Source: an uncultured Candidatus Saccharibacteria bacterium (lineage in GTDB: Bacteria; Patescibacteriota; Saccharimonadia; Saccharimonadales; UBA4665). From it: a stretch of DNA of 64,000 bases. A program made the position numbers and the translations under genes. The stretch is from assembly GCA_963742655.1 (NCBI GenBank), contig CAVUMM010000008.1, positions 311,707-375,706 of the forward strand, read 5' to 3'. This document shows, in pieces, positions 27,133 through 36,055 of the stretch. The notes below the pieces were generated by a model. The model was not told the origin of the DNA and did no database searches. It saw only the letters and a program-made list of their open reading frames with translations. Every line of letters starts with the position of its first letter. Position 1 is the stretch's first letter.

Positions 27133-27870
27133 ATGAACAATCTTCCTTCACGTCGTACCATCTCAGAAGTTAATCGGATATCGCGCCCTGTCAGAAAAAA
27201 CATTGGCCAACAGAAAGCGCCGACAATCGCTGACAGGCGTCGTCTAATATCGATTTGGAAAAATCCGCTGGTGCTGTGCCTATTGTCGGTCGCACTGACG
27301 TTGCTAGTGGTGGGTGCGATTGTACATTTCCGTCAACATCGCGCCCCCGAGACTCAGCTTAAGCAGGTTCTTGGCGAAGTCGGGCAAATAATGTACCTTC
27401 CAAATAACGAGACACCGACTCTGGCTACGGTCAGTGATCAGTCAAAATTGCAAGGAACGCTGAAATCCGTCGCGAAAACAGGCGATGATGTATTGGTTTA
27501 TCAACGTCACGGTGAAGTAATTGTCTACCGTCCGTCGGCGCACAAAATCGCAGCTGTGGAACCGCTGCTGATCGGCAATCAGCCGAACGCTGCATTAACG
27601 TCGACAGTGGCGATCCTGAACGGGTCCGGCAGTGACGCGGAATTGCAGAAATTCGTCACTTCGTTATATCAGGAGTATCCGAACGTCAAACTAGTATACA
27701 AAGCGAATGCACCACGGCTTTTTCCGAAAACGATCGTCTTTGCCAAGCAGCTTAACGACCCGGTAGCCGATGAAGTCGCCAAAGGGCTCTCTATCCAGTC
27801 GGGACAAGCTCCGCTTGGAGTCGCAAATGGCTTGGCTGACCTCACCTTTATCATCGGCCAGGATTTTTAG
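27133..27870 (+). CDS. membrane-anchored LytR_C (LytR/CpsA/Psr C-terminal) domain protein
   Basis: ATG 27133; basic N-terminus, one TM. C-terminal VAILNGSGSDAELQKF...ANAPRLFPKTIVF...DLTFIIGQDF fits the LytR_C pattern. Confidence 0.7.
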   Translation: MNNLPSRRTISEVNRISRPVRKNIGQQKAPTIADRRRLISIWKNPLVLCLLSVALTLLVVGAIVHFRQHRAPETQLKQVLGEVGQIMYLPNNETPTLATVSDQSKLQGTLKSVAKTGDDVLVYQRHGEVIVYRPSAHKIAAVEPLLIGNQPNAALTSTVAILNGSGSDAELQKFVTSLYQEYPNVKLVYKANAPRLFPKTIVFAKQLNDPVADEVAKGLSIQSGQAPLGVANGLADLTFIIGQDF

Positions 27871-27909
27871 GTAGTAAAATCTACTTCAGTTTAATCAAGA
27901 GAAGTTATA

Positions 27910-27935
27910 TTGACATGAGCATTATCGTGTATAAT
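27910..27935 (+). promoter_or_regulatory. possible promoter of the 960-aa surface protein gene
   Basis: TTGACA 27910-27915 and TGTATAAT (extended -10) ending at 27935, but the spacer is only 14 nt, so this is uncertain. Confidence 0.3.
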
Positions 27936-27969
27936 TTGATAGGAAGCATAAGCGGGAGCACATGTCTTA

Positions 27970-30852
27970 ATGGACCTACACGTCAGAGATCGTCTGGGGC
28001 TACTCAGTATGTTCCAGTTGTTCGTCGCCCGCGGCGGTTTTGTCGAACGCAAAAGCTTGCGCGGATTATTGGTAGACGCAATCATATTTTCACTCACCGT
28101 TCTGTTCACCTTGGTTATATACCAAGCGGTGGTGTGGGTGTTACTTAACTGGAGCAGTATATCGGTATTTGCTCATCAGTATGCGCAGATGGGCTTTGTG
28201 CTCGGACTGGTGTTTGTCGTAACGTTGGTTGTTTGCGGAATTGCGACCACTGGGGTCACGCGGGCCGCGGCGGGCATTAATCAGCAATTGAGTTTTGAAG
28301 GGAAGATCGTCGACTCCGGTGGCCAGAATATCCCCGATGGTACATACAATATGGAGTTTAAAATTTACCAGGATGGCAACAGCTCCGGGTCGGGTAGCAC
28401 CCTGAAATGGACCGAAGATCACCTGATTGGCGGCACGGGCGGCGTGACGTTCACCAGCGGTACGTTCCAGGTAAATCTCGGCGCGGTGAATCCATTTGGC
28501 GCGAGCGTGGACTGGAATCAAGACACATTATGGCTATCGCTGCAAGTCGGCAACACCAGTTCGTGCAGTATCTCGACAAACTTCCACACCGATTGTAGCG
28601 GGGATGGTGAGATGACGCCCTTTATTCGTTTGACAGCGACACCATATGCCATGAACGCCGACAAATTGGATGGGATTGATTCGAGCGGCTTTGTGCAGCT
28701 CAACGCGACACAATCCGGCAACATCAACATTGGCAGCGGGACCGTTACCTCCGGCGCAATTAACGGTATTAGTATTGGCAGCACGGTTCAGCCTTCGTCG
28801 GCCGGCGGACTGACGGTTCAGGCCAATGGCGCGAATGCGCTCACGCTGACGGGAGGTGCGGCTTCAACCTGGTCGACGACATCGGGCTTACTCACCGTGC
28901 AAGGCGGAGGTGGTGTAACGGTCGCCTCGGCTAACGGCACAACGAGCTCTGCCATACAAGTCCATAGTGGTAATGCTTCCGCTGGCGCCGCCGGCAACGT
29001 CACAATCGATACAGGAACCTTTACGAGTGGTACGCCGACGGTTAATATCGGCAACGCTAACGCGGCGGCAATTACTATCGGCAACACTACTTCAGCCACA
29101 GCTACCCTTGTTCAGGGCGGCGCAACCGGTGGCGTGTCCGTACAAACCGGTTCGGGCGGGACTGTGTCAATTAGCACGACCGCCCAAAACGGAACAGTGA
29201 CGATCGGTACGACAGCAACCAACACGGGCAACACCCAGACTATCAATGTCGGTGATCTCAATGCTGCCGGCACTACCAATGTTAATGTCGGGACTGGTGC
29301 ATCAGCAACGGCCGGCACGACAACTGTCTTGGGCAAAACAGCCGTGACTATTACGGCAGGCGGTGCTTCAACGTGGAGTACTAGTTCTGGGTTACTCACT
29401 GTCCAGGGTGCAACCGGCGTAAATGTTGCGTCCACTGCGGGGACGACAAGCTCTGCCGTTTCGTTGCAAAGCGGCAACGCTTCCGCAGGCGCATCCGGCA
29501 ATGCAACGCTTGATACTGGTAGTTTCACGAGCGGCACACCAACCGTGAACGTTGGCCACACCAACGCCGCGGCAATTAACGTCGGCAACACTACTGCAGC
29601 AACCGCAACCCTCATTCAGGGCGGCGGCACAGGCGGTGTCGGAATCCAAACCGGCTCGGGCGGCACAGTCTCGATTGGTACGACCGCCCAGAACGGCACG
29701 GTGACGATTGGCACGACAGCGACCAACACAGGGAACACGCAGACAATAAACGTTGGCGATCTTAACGCGGCCGGCACTACCAACGTTAATATTGGCACGG
29801 GTGCTTCGGCAACGGCCGGCACGACTACGGTTTTGGGCAAAACAGCAGTGACCATTACAGCCGGCGGCGCTTCGACATGGTCTACGACAGCTGGCGCACT
29901 CACGCTCACATCGGCGGCAGCTTCAACCTGGAGTACAAGTGCCGGTAATTTAACTTTGCAGGCTGGTTCCGGCACGGTAAGCTTTGGTTCAAGCACTGCA
30001 TTGACGGCCACGGCTGGAATTGCGCTTAGCTCCGGCGGCGCTAACGCTCTTGCGCTTGACACTGGTGGCGGCGCAGCCATCAACGTTGGTGGCACAAATG
30101 CCACATCCATCGTTCTGGGCGGCAACACGTCGGCTACAATCACCGAAAAAGTCGCCAATTCTTCCGCCACTGCCTACACGCTCCAAACAGCAGGCGGCAC
30201 CAGCTTGCTCGTAGCAAACACGACCAGCAGCATCTTGTATGTGGGCGGTTCTGCTACGGCGACCACGCCGATCCTGCTCGTATTTGGCCAGAAGACTGCC
30301 ACCGGCGATCCTGCGGGAGTCAATGGAGCCGAATACTATAATTCGGCCAATAACAAATTCCGCTGCGAACAAGGCGGTATCTGGTCTGATTGCATCAGTG
30401 GTTTCAACACTCTTACCAAGACTGCCGACCAGCCATCAACAGTTAACACAACCACAATGGAAGCTGATAATACGTTGTTTTTCGCGATGAACGCCAATAC
30501 AACCTATGTCATTAACGCGTGGATTCCTATCGACGACTCCAACACGGGGGCTGACGAGCAATACACATTCGTTACTCCGGCTGGTGCTGCACTTAACCTT
30601 GCGACGTTGCGTTCTAGCGTTGTTGCAGGGACGGCTAATATAACTTGCAATATCATTGCATCAGCACAGGCTTGCCAGGACACAGGTACAACTGTAAATA
30701 GTGCCATTGACTACATACAAGTCCAGGGGTTCGTGCGCAACGGCGCCACCGCGGGGAACCTACAATTTGAGTTTGCCCAACGAGTTTCAACAAATGCCGC
30801 CTTCCCGGTCATCAAAAAGGGCGCAACTTTGACGTGGCATCAAAGTAATTAG
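27970..30852 (+). CDS. giant repeat-containing fibre-like surface protein F2
   Basis: 960-aa ORF. Possible alternative start ATG 28189, giving a signal peptide MGFVLGLVFVVTLVVCGIATTGVTRAAAG. Shares the N-terminal module with F1; 168-aa tandem repeats; unique C-terminal domain. Confidence 0.75.
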   Translation: MDLHVRDRLGLLSMFQLFVARGGFVERKSLRGLLVDAIIFSLTVLFTLVIYQAVVWVLLNWSSISVFAHQYAQMGFVLGLVFVVTLVVCGIATTGVTRAAAGINQQLSFEGKIVDSGGQNIPDGTYNMEFKIYQDGNSSGSGSTLKWTEDHLIGGTGGVTFTSGTFQVNLGAVNPFGASVDWNQDTLWLSLQVGNTSSCSISTNFHTDCSGDGEMTPFIRLTATPYAMNADKLDGIDSSGFVQLNATQSGNINIGSGTVTSGAINGISIGSTVQPSSAGGLTVQANGANALTLTGGAASTWSTTSGLLTVQGGGGVTVASANGTTSSAIQVHSGNASAGAAGNVTIDTGTFTSGTPTVNIGNANAAAITIGNTTSATATLVQGGATGGVSVQTGSGGTVSISTTAQNGTVTIGTTATNTGNTQTINVGDLNAAGTTNVNVGTGASATAGTTTVLGKTAVTITAGGASTWSTSSGLLTVQGATGVNVASTAGTTSSAVSLQSGNASAGASGNATLDTGSFTSGTPTVNVGHTNAAAINVGNTTAATATLIQGGGTGGVGIQTGSGGTVSIGTTAQNGTVTIGTTATNTGNTQTINVGDLNAAGTTNVNIGTGASATAGTTTVLGKTAVTITAGGASTWSTTAGALTLTSAAASTWSTSAGNLTLQAGSGTVSFGSSTALTATAGIALSSGGANALALDTGGGAAINVGGTNATSIVLGGNTSATITEKVANSSATAYTLQTAGGTSLLVANTTSSILYVGGSATATTPILLVFGQKTATGDPAGVNGAEYYNSANNKFRCEQGGIWSDCISGFNTLTKTADQPSTVNTTTMEADNTLFFAMNANTTYVINAWIPIDDSNTGADEQYTFVTPAGAALNLATLRSSVVAGTANITCNIIASAQACQDTGTTVNSAIDYIQVQGFVRNGATAGNLQFEFAQRVSTNAAFPVIKKGATLTWHQSN
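28846..29853 (+). repeat. in-frame tandem repeat, 2 x 504 nt (168 aa), plus a partial third copy to about 29900
   Basis: Trp of the ASTWST motif recurs at residues 301, 469 and 637 (period 168 aa). A 68-aa block (TAQNGTVTIGTTATNTGNTQTINVGDLNAAGTTNVN.GTGASATAGTTTVLGKTAVTITAGGASTWST) is identical except for one V/I. Confidence 0.9.
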
Positions 30853-30863
30853 AGTTACTGTGG

Positions 30864-31811
30864 CTATTGCTGGACGACGTAGTTGTAGACTTCCTTGGAG
30901 ATTTGGGCGATGAAGTTGCTGGCCTGGGGGTCGGGCAGTCCGATCATGGCGCAGATGATGTATGGGCGGCGGGGAACATATACAATGCCGCAGTCGCTTT
31001 CAGCCCAAGACAAATTGTTGACCCCGTTTTTATGGGCGACTTTGACGCTTTTTGGCAGATCTTTGGTAAGCCGGTTTTTTTCGGTTGACTTGGTGAGGTA
31101 GCCCAAAAGTTCATCGGAGTCGGTTTTGTTCAGGAATGACGCGAAATATAAACTTTTGAGTACGGATGAATACGACCTGGCATTGATAACCGCCTGGCCA
31201 TTTTGCAAATCCTGGTCGATATCGAGCCCCGCCAGGGACTGCTCGCTGTAATTCAGCAGGCCATTAGAGTGGTCGAACATCACATGCGCGGCTGTGTCGT
31301 CCGACTGTTCGAGAGCCGCCTGCGCCGCCTGACGCAACGTGACCTTAAAGCCCGGGCCGCGCTGATACCAATTGCCGTAGCCTCCGTCGAGCTCGTTGGC
31401 CGTAACCGTTACCGGCTTGCTTAGATTCAGTCGGCCCAGTTCAGCTGCTTTGTAGACATTCATAGCCAGAGCTGTTTTGATGAGGGACGCGGCTACCAGG
31501 TTAGTGTCGGCTCCGATTCGGATATTGGTTCCATCGGGCAAGTATTCAAAATAAAAACTGCTTTTGGTGCCTTTTGGCAATTGATCGAAGTCGTTCTTCA
31601 ACTGATTGCGCAAAGCGACAAAGTTGATCAGGATATCATTTGAATTATCATCCAAAACGCTCCGTGCCAGCAGGGGATATTTGTCTGTCAGCAGTTTGGG
31701 GGATGCTGCGCTGCTTTGATGTGCGTTGTAGGCGGACCAGCCCAAATTAACAAGCAATAACACTGCGCAAGCGGTAAGTGCTATTTGATTAACACGAGTA
31801 AGCCTTGCCAT
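30864..31811 (-). CDS. class A beta-lactamase-like serine hydrolase
   Basis: ATG 31811 followed by a TM/signal segment; SxxK as ASLIKT, SDN-like SDD, KTG-like HKNG. Confidence 0.65.
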   Translation of the reverse strand: MARLTRVNQIALTACAVLLLVNLGWSAYNAHQSSAASPKLLTDKYPLLARSVLDDNSNDILINFVALRNQLKNDFDQLPKGTKSSFYFEYLPDGTNIRIGADTNLVAASLIKTALAMNVYKAAELGRLNLSKPVTVTANELDGGYGNWYQRGPGFKVTLRQAAQAALEQSDDTAAHVMFDHSNGLLNYSEQSLAGLDIDQDLQNGQAVINARSYSSVLKSLYFASFLNKTDSDELLGYLTKSTEKNRLTKDLPKSVKVAHKNGVNNLSWAESDCGIVYVPRRPYIICAMIGLPDPQASNFIAQISKEVYNYVVQQ

Positions 31812-31906
31812 TAGTGATTCATATTGTAGGTTACCGCGGCATAAGCGGCAAGCCAATCGATAACTCTCTAATGCCGCCCGGACCGCTATACTGATATACT
31901 GGTTTG

Positions 31907-32524
31907 ATGCGACAAATCATCCTTGCCAGCACATCGCCGCGGCGCAAGGAATTGCTAAGCAGAATGGGTGTGACGTTCACCGTGGTACCGAGCAATTTTG
32001 ATGAACATCTGGATGATTCCAGGGCTCCTTTCGCAGTTGCCCAGGAATTGGCGCGTGGCAAGGCTATGGCCGTGGCGAAGCTCTATCCAGATGCAATCGT
32101 TATTGGCTCGGATTTAGTTTTAGCTGTCGACGGCCATCAACTTGGTAATGCATTTAGTCGTACGGAAGCAGATGCTATGCTTACTTTGGTGACCAAATAT
32201 CCGAACCAAATATGCAATGCCGTCTGCGTTATTTGTCTCGACGAACAAATTGAGGTGGTCGAAGTTACAAAATCAGTGGTTTACCTCAAGCCATATAATA
32301 AGCGGTCGATTGAAGCGTATCTCCAGACTGGAGATTATCTCGGGAAAGCCGGTGGATATGGAGTCCAGACTCCCGCGGCTGGCCCGCTCATCGATCATAT
32401 TGAAGGTGACTTTGATGCCGTTGTCGGTCTGCCGACGAAAAAGCTCTCTAAAATACTCAACAAGCTAGGCGTTCCGGCACATCCGGCGGATTATCCTCCG
32501 CCACCGGGCCTGATTGTTATTTAG
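31907..32524 (+). CDS. maf: Maf-like nucleoside triphosphate pyrophosphatase
   Basis: IILASTSPRRKELLSRMGVTF..., KAGGYGVQ, DFDAVVGLP are Maf family motifs. Confidence 0.9.
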   Translation: MRQIILASTSPRRKELLSRMGVTFTVVPSNFDEHLDDSRAPFAVAQELARGKAMAVAKLYPDAIVIGSDLVLAVDGHQLGNAFSRTEADAMLTLVTKYPNQICNAVCVICLDEQIEVVEVTKSVVYLKPYNKRSIEAYLQTGDYLGKAGGYGVQTPAAGPLIDHIEGDFDAVVGLPTKKLSKILNKLGVPAHPADYPPPPGLIVI

Positions 32525-32526
32525 GA

Positions 32527-33084
32527 TTACTTAGTGCCGACGATGCCAACGAGCTTGGTTTGCGCGGTTATGTGGCCTTGGATGGCTTGCTCAAGCGATT
32601 TACGGTCTGAACCGGCTGGGAGATCAAGCTTTTTATCGAGTGCGTACAAATCAAATATGTAACGATGAGTCCCTGATGGCGGGCAGGGGCCGCCGTAGCC
32701 GGTATTACCAAAGCTAGTCGTGCCTTGAGTCGCGCTATCAGGCACTTTTCCTTCGTCAAATGATTGAGTATTTGGATTGATATTCCAAACAGTCCAGTGT
32801 AGCCAATCCCCGTTCGGCGCGTCCGGGTCGTGCAGGACGAGTGCCAAGCTTGCTGCATTATGAGGAACCCCGCCGATGGTGAGCGGCGGGCTGATGTTTT
32901 TTCCTTTGCAGGTATATAATTCGGGAATTTCGCCGTTTTCGGCAAATGCCGGACTGTCGAGTTTGAATTGGCTGTCCGGTTGCATGGTAACCTCCGTGGG
33001 TGCTTTGACTGTTCGTGTAATGACGAACACTGTCGCTATTAACGCGATCAGTATGAATCCGGCAATAATCGCAGATTTTTTCAT
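32527..33084 (-). CDS. YbhB/YbcL (PEBP) family protein with signal/TM anchor
   Basis: YTCKGKNISPPL, LVLHDPDAP, GYGGPCPPSGTHRYIFDLYALD. Confidence 0.85.
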   Translation of the reverse strand: MKKSAIIAGFILIALIATVFVITRTVKAPTEVTMQPDSQFKLDSPAFAENGEIPELYTCKGKNISPPLTIGGVPHNAASLALVLHDPDAPNGDWLHWTVWNINPNTQSFDEGKVPDSATQGTTSFGNTGYGGPCPPSGTHRYIFDLYALDKKLDLPAGSDRKSLEQAIQGHITAQTKLVGIVGTK

Positions 33085-33099
33085 ACCTCTACCATTCCA

Positions 33100-34308
33100 T
33101 CATGCTTTTTCCTGATTGTCTGTAAAGAATTTGATATCGCTTAATTCCGGCGGCATGAATCCGGCTTCGTGACGAAAGCCGGACTGCCACTCATAATCCT
33201 TCTGATAGCCAAGGTCTTTCATTAATTTTGTGGACGCATTGCGCAAGTGCAGCGGCACTGGCAAGTCGGGATTGTCGCGTACCGCGGACTGGGCGGCCGA
33301 CATGGCGTTGGCGATTCCGCGCGATTTTTTAGTTTTGGCCAAAACAGTTGCGCAATGGTACAGATTATATTGGCATTCCGGCATGCCGATGCGCTCTACA
33401 GCCTGAAACGTGGCAACGGCAAGGTTCAGTGCGGCGGAAGCTGCTAGGCCGACGTCCTCGCTGGCAAAAATCACCATCCGCCGGGCGATGAACTTGGGAT
33501 CTTCGCCAGCTTGCAAGATTCGTGCCAAATAATAGAGCGCGGCCGTAGCGTCGGACCCGCGCATCGATTTGATAAACGCGCTGATAAGGTTGTAATGGTT
33601 TTCGCCGGCCTTGTCATAACCGGGCACACGCTTCTGTGCGGCCGTTTCGACGATTGCCGCCGTAATCGTTCCTTTGGCAAGCTGCAGCGCAAGCTCCAGG
33701 TTGCCGAGCGCAACTCGGGCGTCGCCGCCAGACAGTTCGGCCAGCAGATCAACGCTTTTGGCCGGCAAACGTTTGGCCGCCAGTTTTTCAGCCTTGGCCG
33801 CCAGTTTAATAATTTTGATGACGTCTGCTTTGGTGAGCGGCTCCAGCACCAGCACCCGTGAGCGTGAAAGTAAAGGGTTGATGACTTCAAAGCTGGGGTT
33901 TTCAGTCGTAGCGCCAATCAGCACGATCGTGCCATCTTCTACATACGGCAAAAAAGCATCCTGCTGCGCCTTATTGAATCGATGAATTTCGTCCACGAAC
34001 AAAATGGTGCGCATGCCTAATCGATGGTTGGCCTGGGCCTGTTTGACGACATCGGTCACATCGGCCTTTTTGGCTGTCACTGCGCTTAGCTCGATAAACT
34101 CGGCGTCCGTTTCCTGGGCGATAATTCGTGCTAAGGTAGTCTTGCCGCTGCCCGGCGGCCCCCACAATATCAAACTGGTCGGCTGCTGTTTGGAAATGAT
34201 TTCACGGATAATCTTACCGGCGCCGACCAAGTGTTCCTGCCCGACAATGTCGCCGAGTTTCATCGGCCGCATTCGTTCGGCGAGGGGTCTGGTGTCCGGC
34301 AAACTCAT
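33100..34308 (-). CDS. rarA: replication-associated recombination protein A (AAA ATPase)
   Basis: LILWGPPGSGKTTLARI, ILFVDEIHRFNKAQQDAFLP, GATTENPSFE, and the MgsA C-terminal region. Confidence 0.9.
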   Translation of the reverse strand: MSLPDTRPLAERMRPMKLGDIVGQEHLVGAGKIIREIISKQQPTSLILWGPPGSGKTTLARIIAQETDAEFIELSAVTAKKADVTDVVKQAQANHRLGMRTILFVDEIHRFNKAQQDAFLPYVEDGTIVLIGATTENPSFEVINPLLSRSRVLVLEPLTKADVIKIIKLAAKAEKLAAKRLPAKSVDLLAELSGGDARVALGNLELALQLAKGTITAAIVETAAQKRVPGYDKAGENHYNLISAFIKSMRGSDATAALYYLARILQAGEDPKFIARRMVIFASEDVGLAASAALNLAVATFQAVERIGMPECQYNLYHCATVLAKTKKSRGIANAMSAAQSAVRDNPDLPVPLHLRNASTKLMKDLGYQKDYEWQSGFRHEAGFMPPELSDIKFFTDNQEKA

Positions 34309-34341
34309 AAGAGTTATTGTAGCATCGCCCTTTAAAGCAGT

Positions 34342-36021
34342 TTATAGATAAGTTGAAGAGACGGGAACAGAATCGCTGTCTTTGGTCAGGCTGCGAAGCG
34401 ACAAATCGCCCAAACGACTGTAGATTGACGTTCCGCTGCTTCCAGCCATCATTGCTTCGATACGAGCTGTATGGTGCGTAAGTATCGATGCTTGGCTTGG
34501 TCTGTTGGCTAAACTTCTCCAGAGTGGATGTAAAATATTCATAAACTTTACAAGTCGCGTGTGGTCAACCAAATTGAATTGATTCAGGGCTTCAAGTATG
34601 CTGAGCCGAGCATCAACTTCCGAAGCGGCGTCCCGCCACGGCCGCGGTGCGAGTAGTTCCGAGACATGCTCTCTGACCTCATCCGCGCCGTACAGAGCTG
34701 CGGGTCCGGATTCCGGCCGCGCTTGCAACCATGATTGTAAGTCCCTGGCGTTTTGCAGGTAAGACTGCAGCGTAGCGTCTTGGCCGGGATCGTAAACCCG
34801 CCTGTCAGCGTTAGTGCTTTGGTGCAGCGCCATCCAAAATGCAGTTGGATTAAATGCGTCTTCACCGCCGGCATCGGCACAGGTGGATTCGTATAACGCG
34901 TGAATTTTCCTGGGAATATCGATTCTGTCGATGGTCAACAAATCATCCAAATCGGCTGGGCTATGTATTTCCGGATTACGGTGCCACAATACCAGTCGGA
35001 AAAGCTCCGGTTTTGCCCAACGAAGCGTTTGCAAGACAGCACTCGAACGCACACTGTCCCAGTCCGCATGCTCGACTGCTCGGCGGAATGACTCATCAGC
35101 ACGCGAGTCATCGGCTATAGCCAGTATAGCCGCGGCTTCCAGTCTTTCGGGGCGATATATTGCTCTCGATCGCATTTGCCTTAAGTGTTTTCTTTCCGCA
35201 TCGGTAATCGCTTGAGCATTAGCTTTATATACGAGAAGACGCCTGTCGTCTTGCAGGCTGGCATATTCCCAAAAACCGGCTTGTCCGCAAATATCGGCAA
35301 AAATAACGCGTTCGCCCTCCGCCGCTTGATCAAATATAAATATATCGTTCTCACTCATTCCCTCGACGATACCCGGGATGGCCATAAAGCCAACCCCGAA
35401 TTTCGGATAGGCTTCACGCATCATTCTTTTCATTCGCAAATTGCGTGATCCCGGGTTGGCAATCCCTGATCCAACCATTCCAACTGCGATTTCCGCGTTC
35501 AGGCGTGCCAGATTTAACTTGATAGTTTCGGCCATTTCCTGAGTCGAATTGGCTTGTTCGGGCTCCAAAGATCCAATGTTTTTCCACCACCAATCCAGCA
35601 CCATACTTTTTGAAAACGTTGTCAACGCCTTGGGTTGACGAGCTTGTAAGATCCTTACTTTCATTAATAGATGGCACTGATCAACCAACGTCGTGTGGCG
35701 CAATGCCATTTCGGCTAAATCAGCATCGTCAATGCGGATCGCGTGATCGACGAGCCAGCAATTCAAAGCGGCAAAGTTTGCATATCGTTCGGGTTCATTT
35801 GGCGCAGCTTGCTCGTAAAAGCCGCGAGCATCAGTCAGGGCATCATGAGCCGCGGCACTGTCCTCAGTCTGTTCAAGTTGCCGATCAAACCATGCGAGAA
35901 TGCGTTCATGGGCAGCCATGCTTGCTTCCGGCTGAGACATCGGATCGTTTTCCATATAAGTTATCGTACGATGCTTTATTGTAAAAAACAAAAATATGTC
36001 GAAGAAAGTAATATAAATCAT
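34342..36021 (-). CDS. large hypothetical protein, no recognisable domain
   Basis: 559-aa ORF (likely start ATG 35955 or 35940); no TM or signal; directly upstream of rarA on the same strand. Confidence 0.6.
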   Translation of the reverse strand: MIYITFFDIFLFFTIKHRTITYMENDPMSQPEASMAAHERILAWFDRQLEQTEDSAAAHDALTDARGFYEQAAPNEPERYANFAALNCWLVDHAIRIDDADLAEMALRHTTLVDQCHLLMKVRILQARQPKALTTFSKSMVLDWWWKNIGSLEPEQANSTQEMAETIKLNLARLNAEIAVGMVGSGIANPGSRNLRMKRMMREAYPKFGVGFMAIPGIVEGMSENDIFIFDQAAEGERVIFADICGQAGFWEYASLQDDRRLLVYKANAQAITDAERKHLRQMRSRAIYRPERLEAAAILAIADDSRADESFRRAVEHADWDSVRSSAVLQTLRWAKPELFRLVLWHRNPEIHSPADLDDLLTIDRIDIPRKIHALYESTCADAGGEDAFNPTAFWMALHQSTNADRRVYDPGQDATLQSYLQNARDLQSWLQARPESGPAALYGADEVREHVSELLAPRPWRDAASEVDARLSILEALNQFNLVDHTRLVKFMNILHPLWRSLANRPSQASILTHHTARIEAMMAGSSGTSIYSRLGDLSLRSLTKDSDSVPVSSTYL

Positions 36022-36055
36022 TTCATTTCATGCAGAAGCATAGCTGCTGTGTATA

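Noticed and set aside
28818-30170. Long antisense ORFs (28818-29099, 29112-29615, 29616-30170, 29989-30372) opposite the 960-aa repeat protein gene
   Set aside because: They are by-products of the Gly/Thr/Ala-rich repeat, whose complementary codons are stop-poor. They have no start context and translate to low-complexity sequence, while the plus-strand frame shows a clear domain structure.
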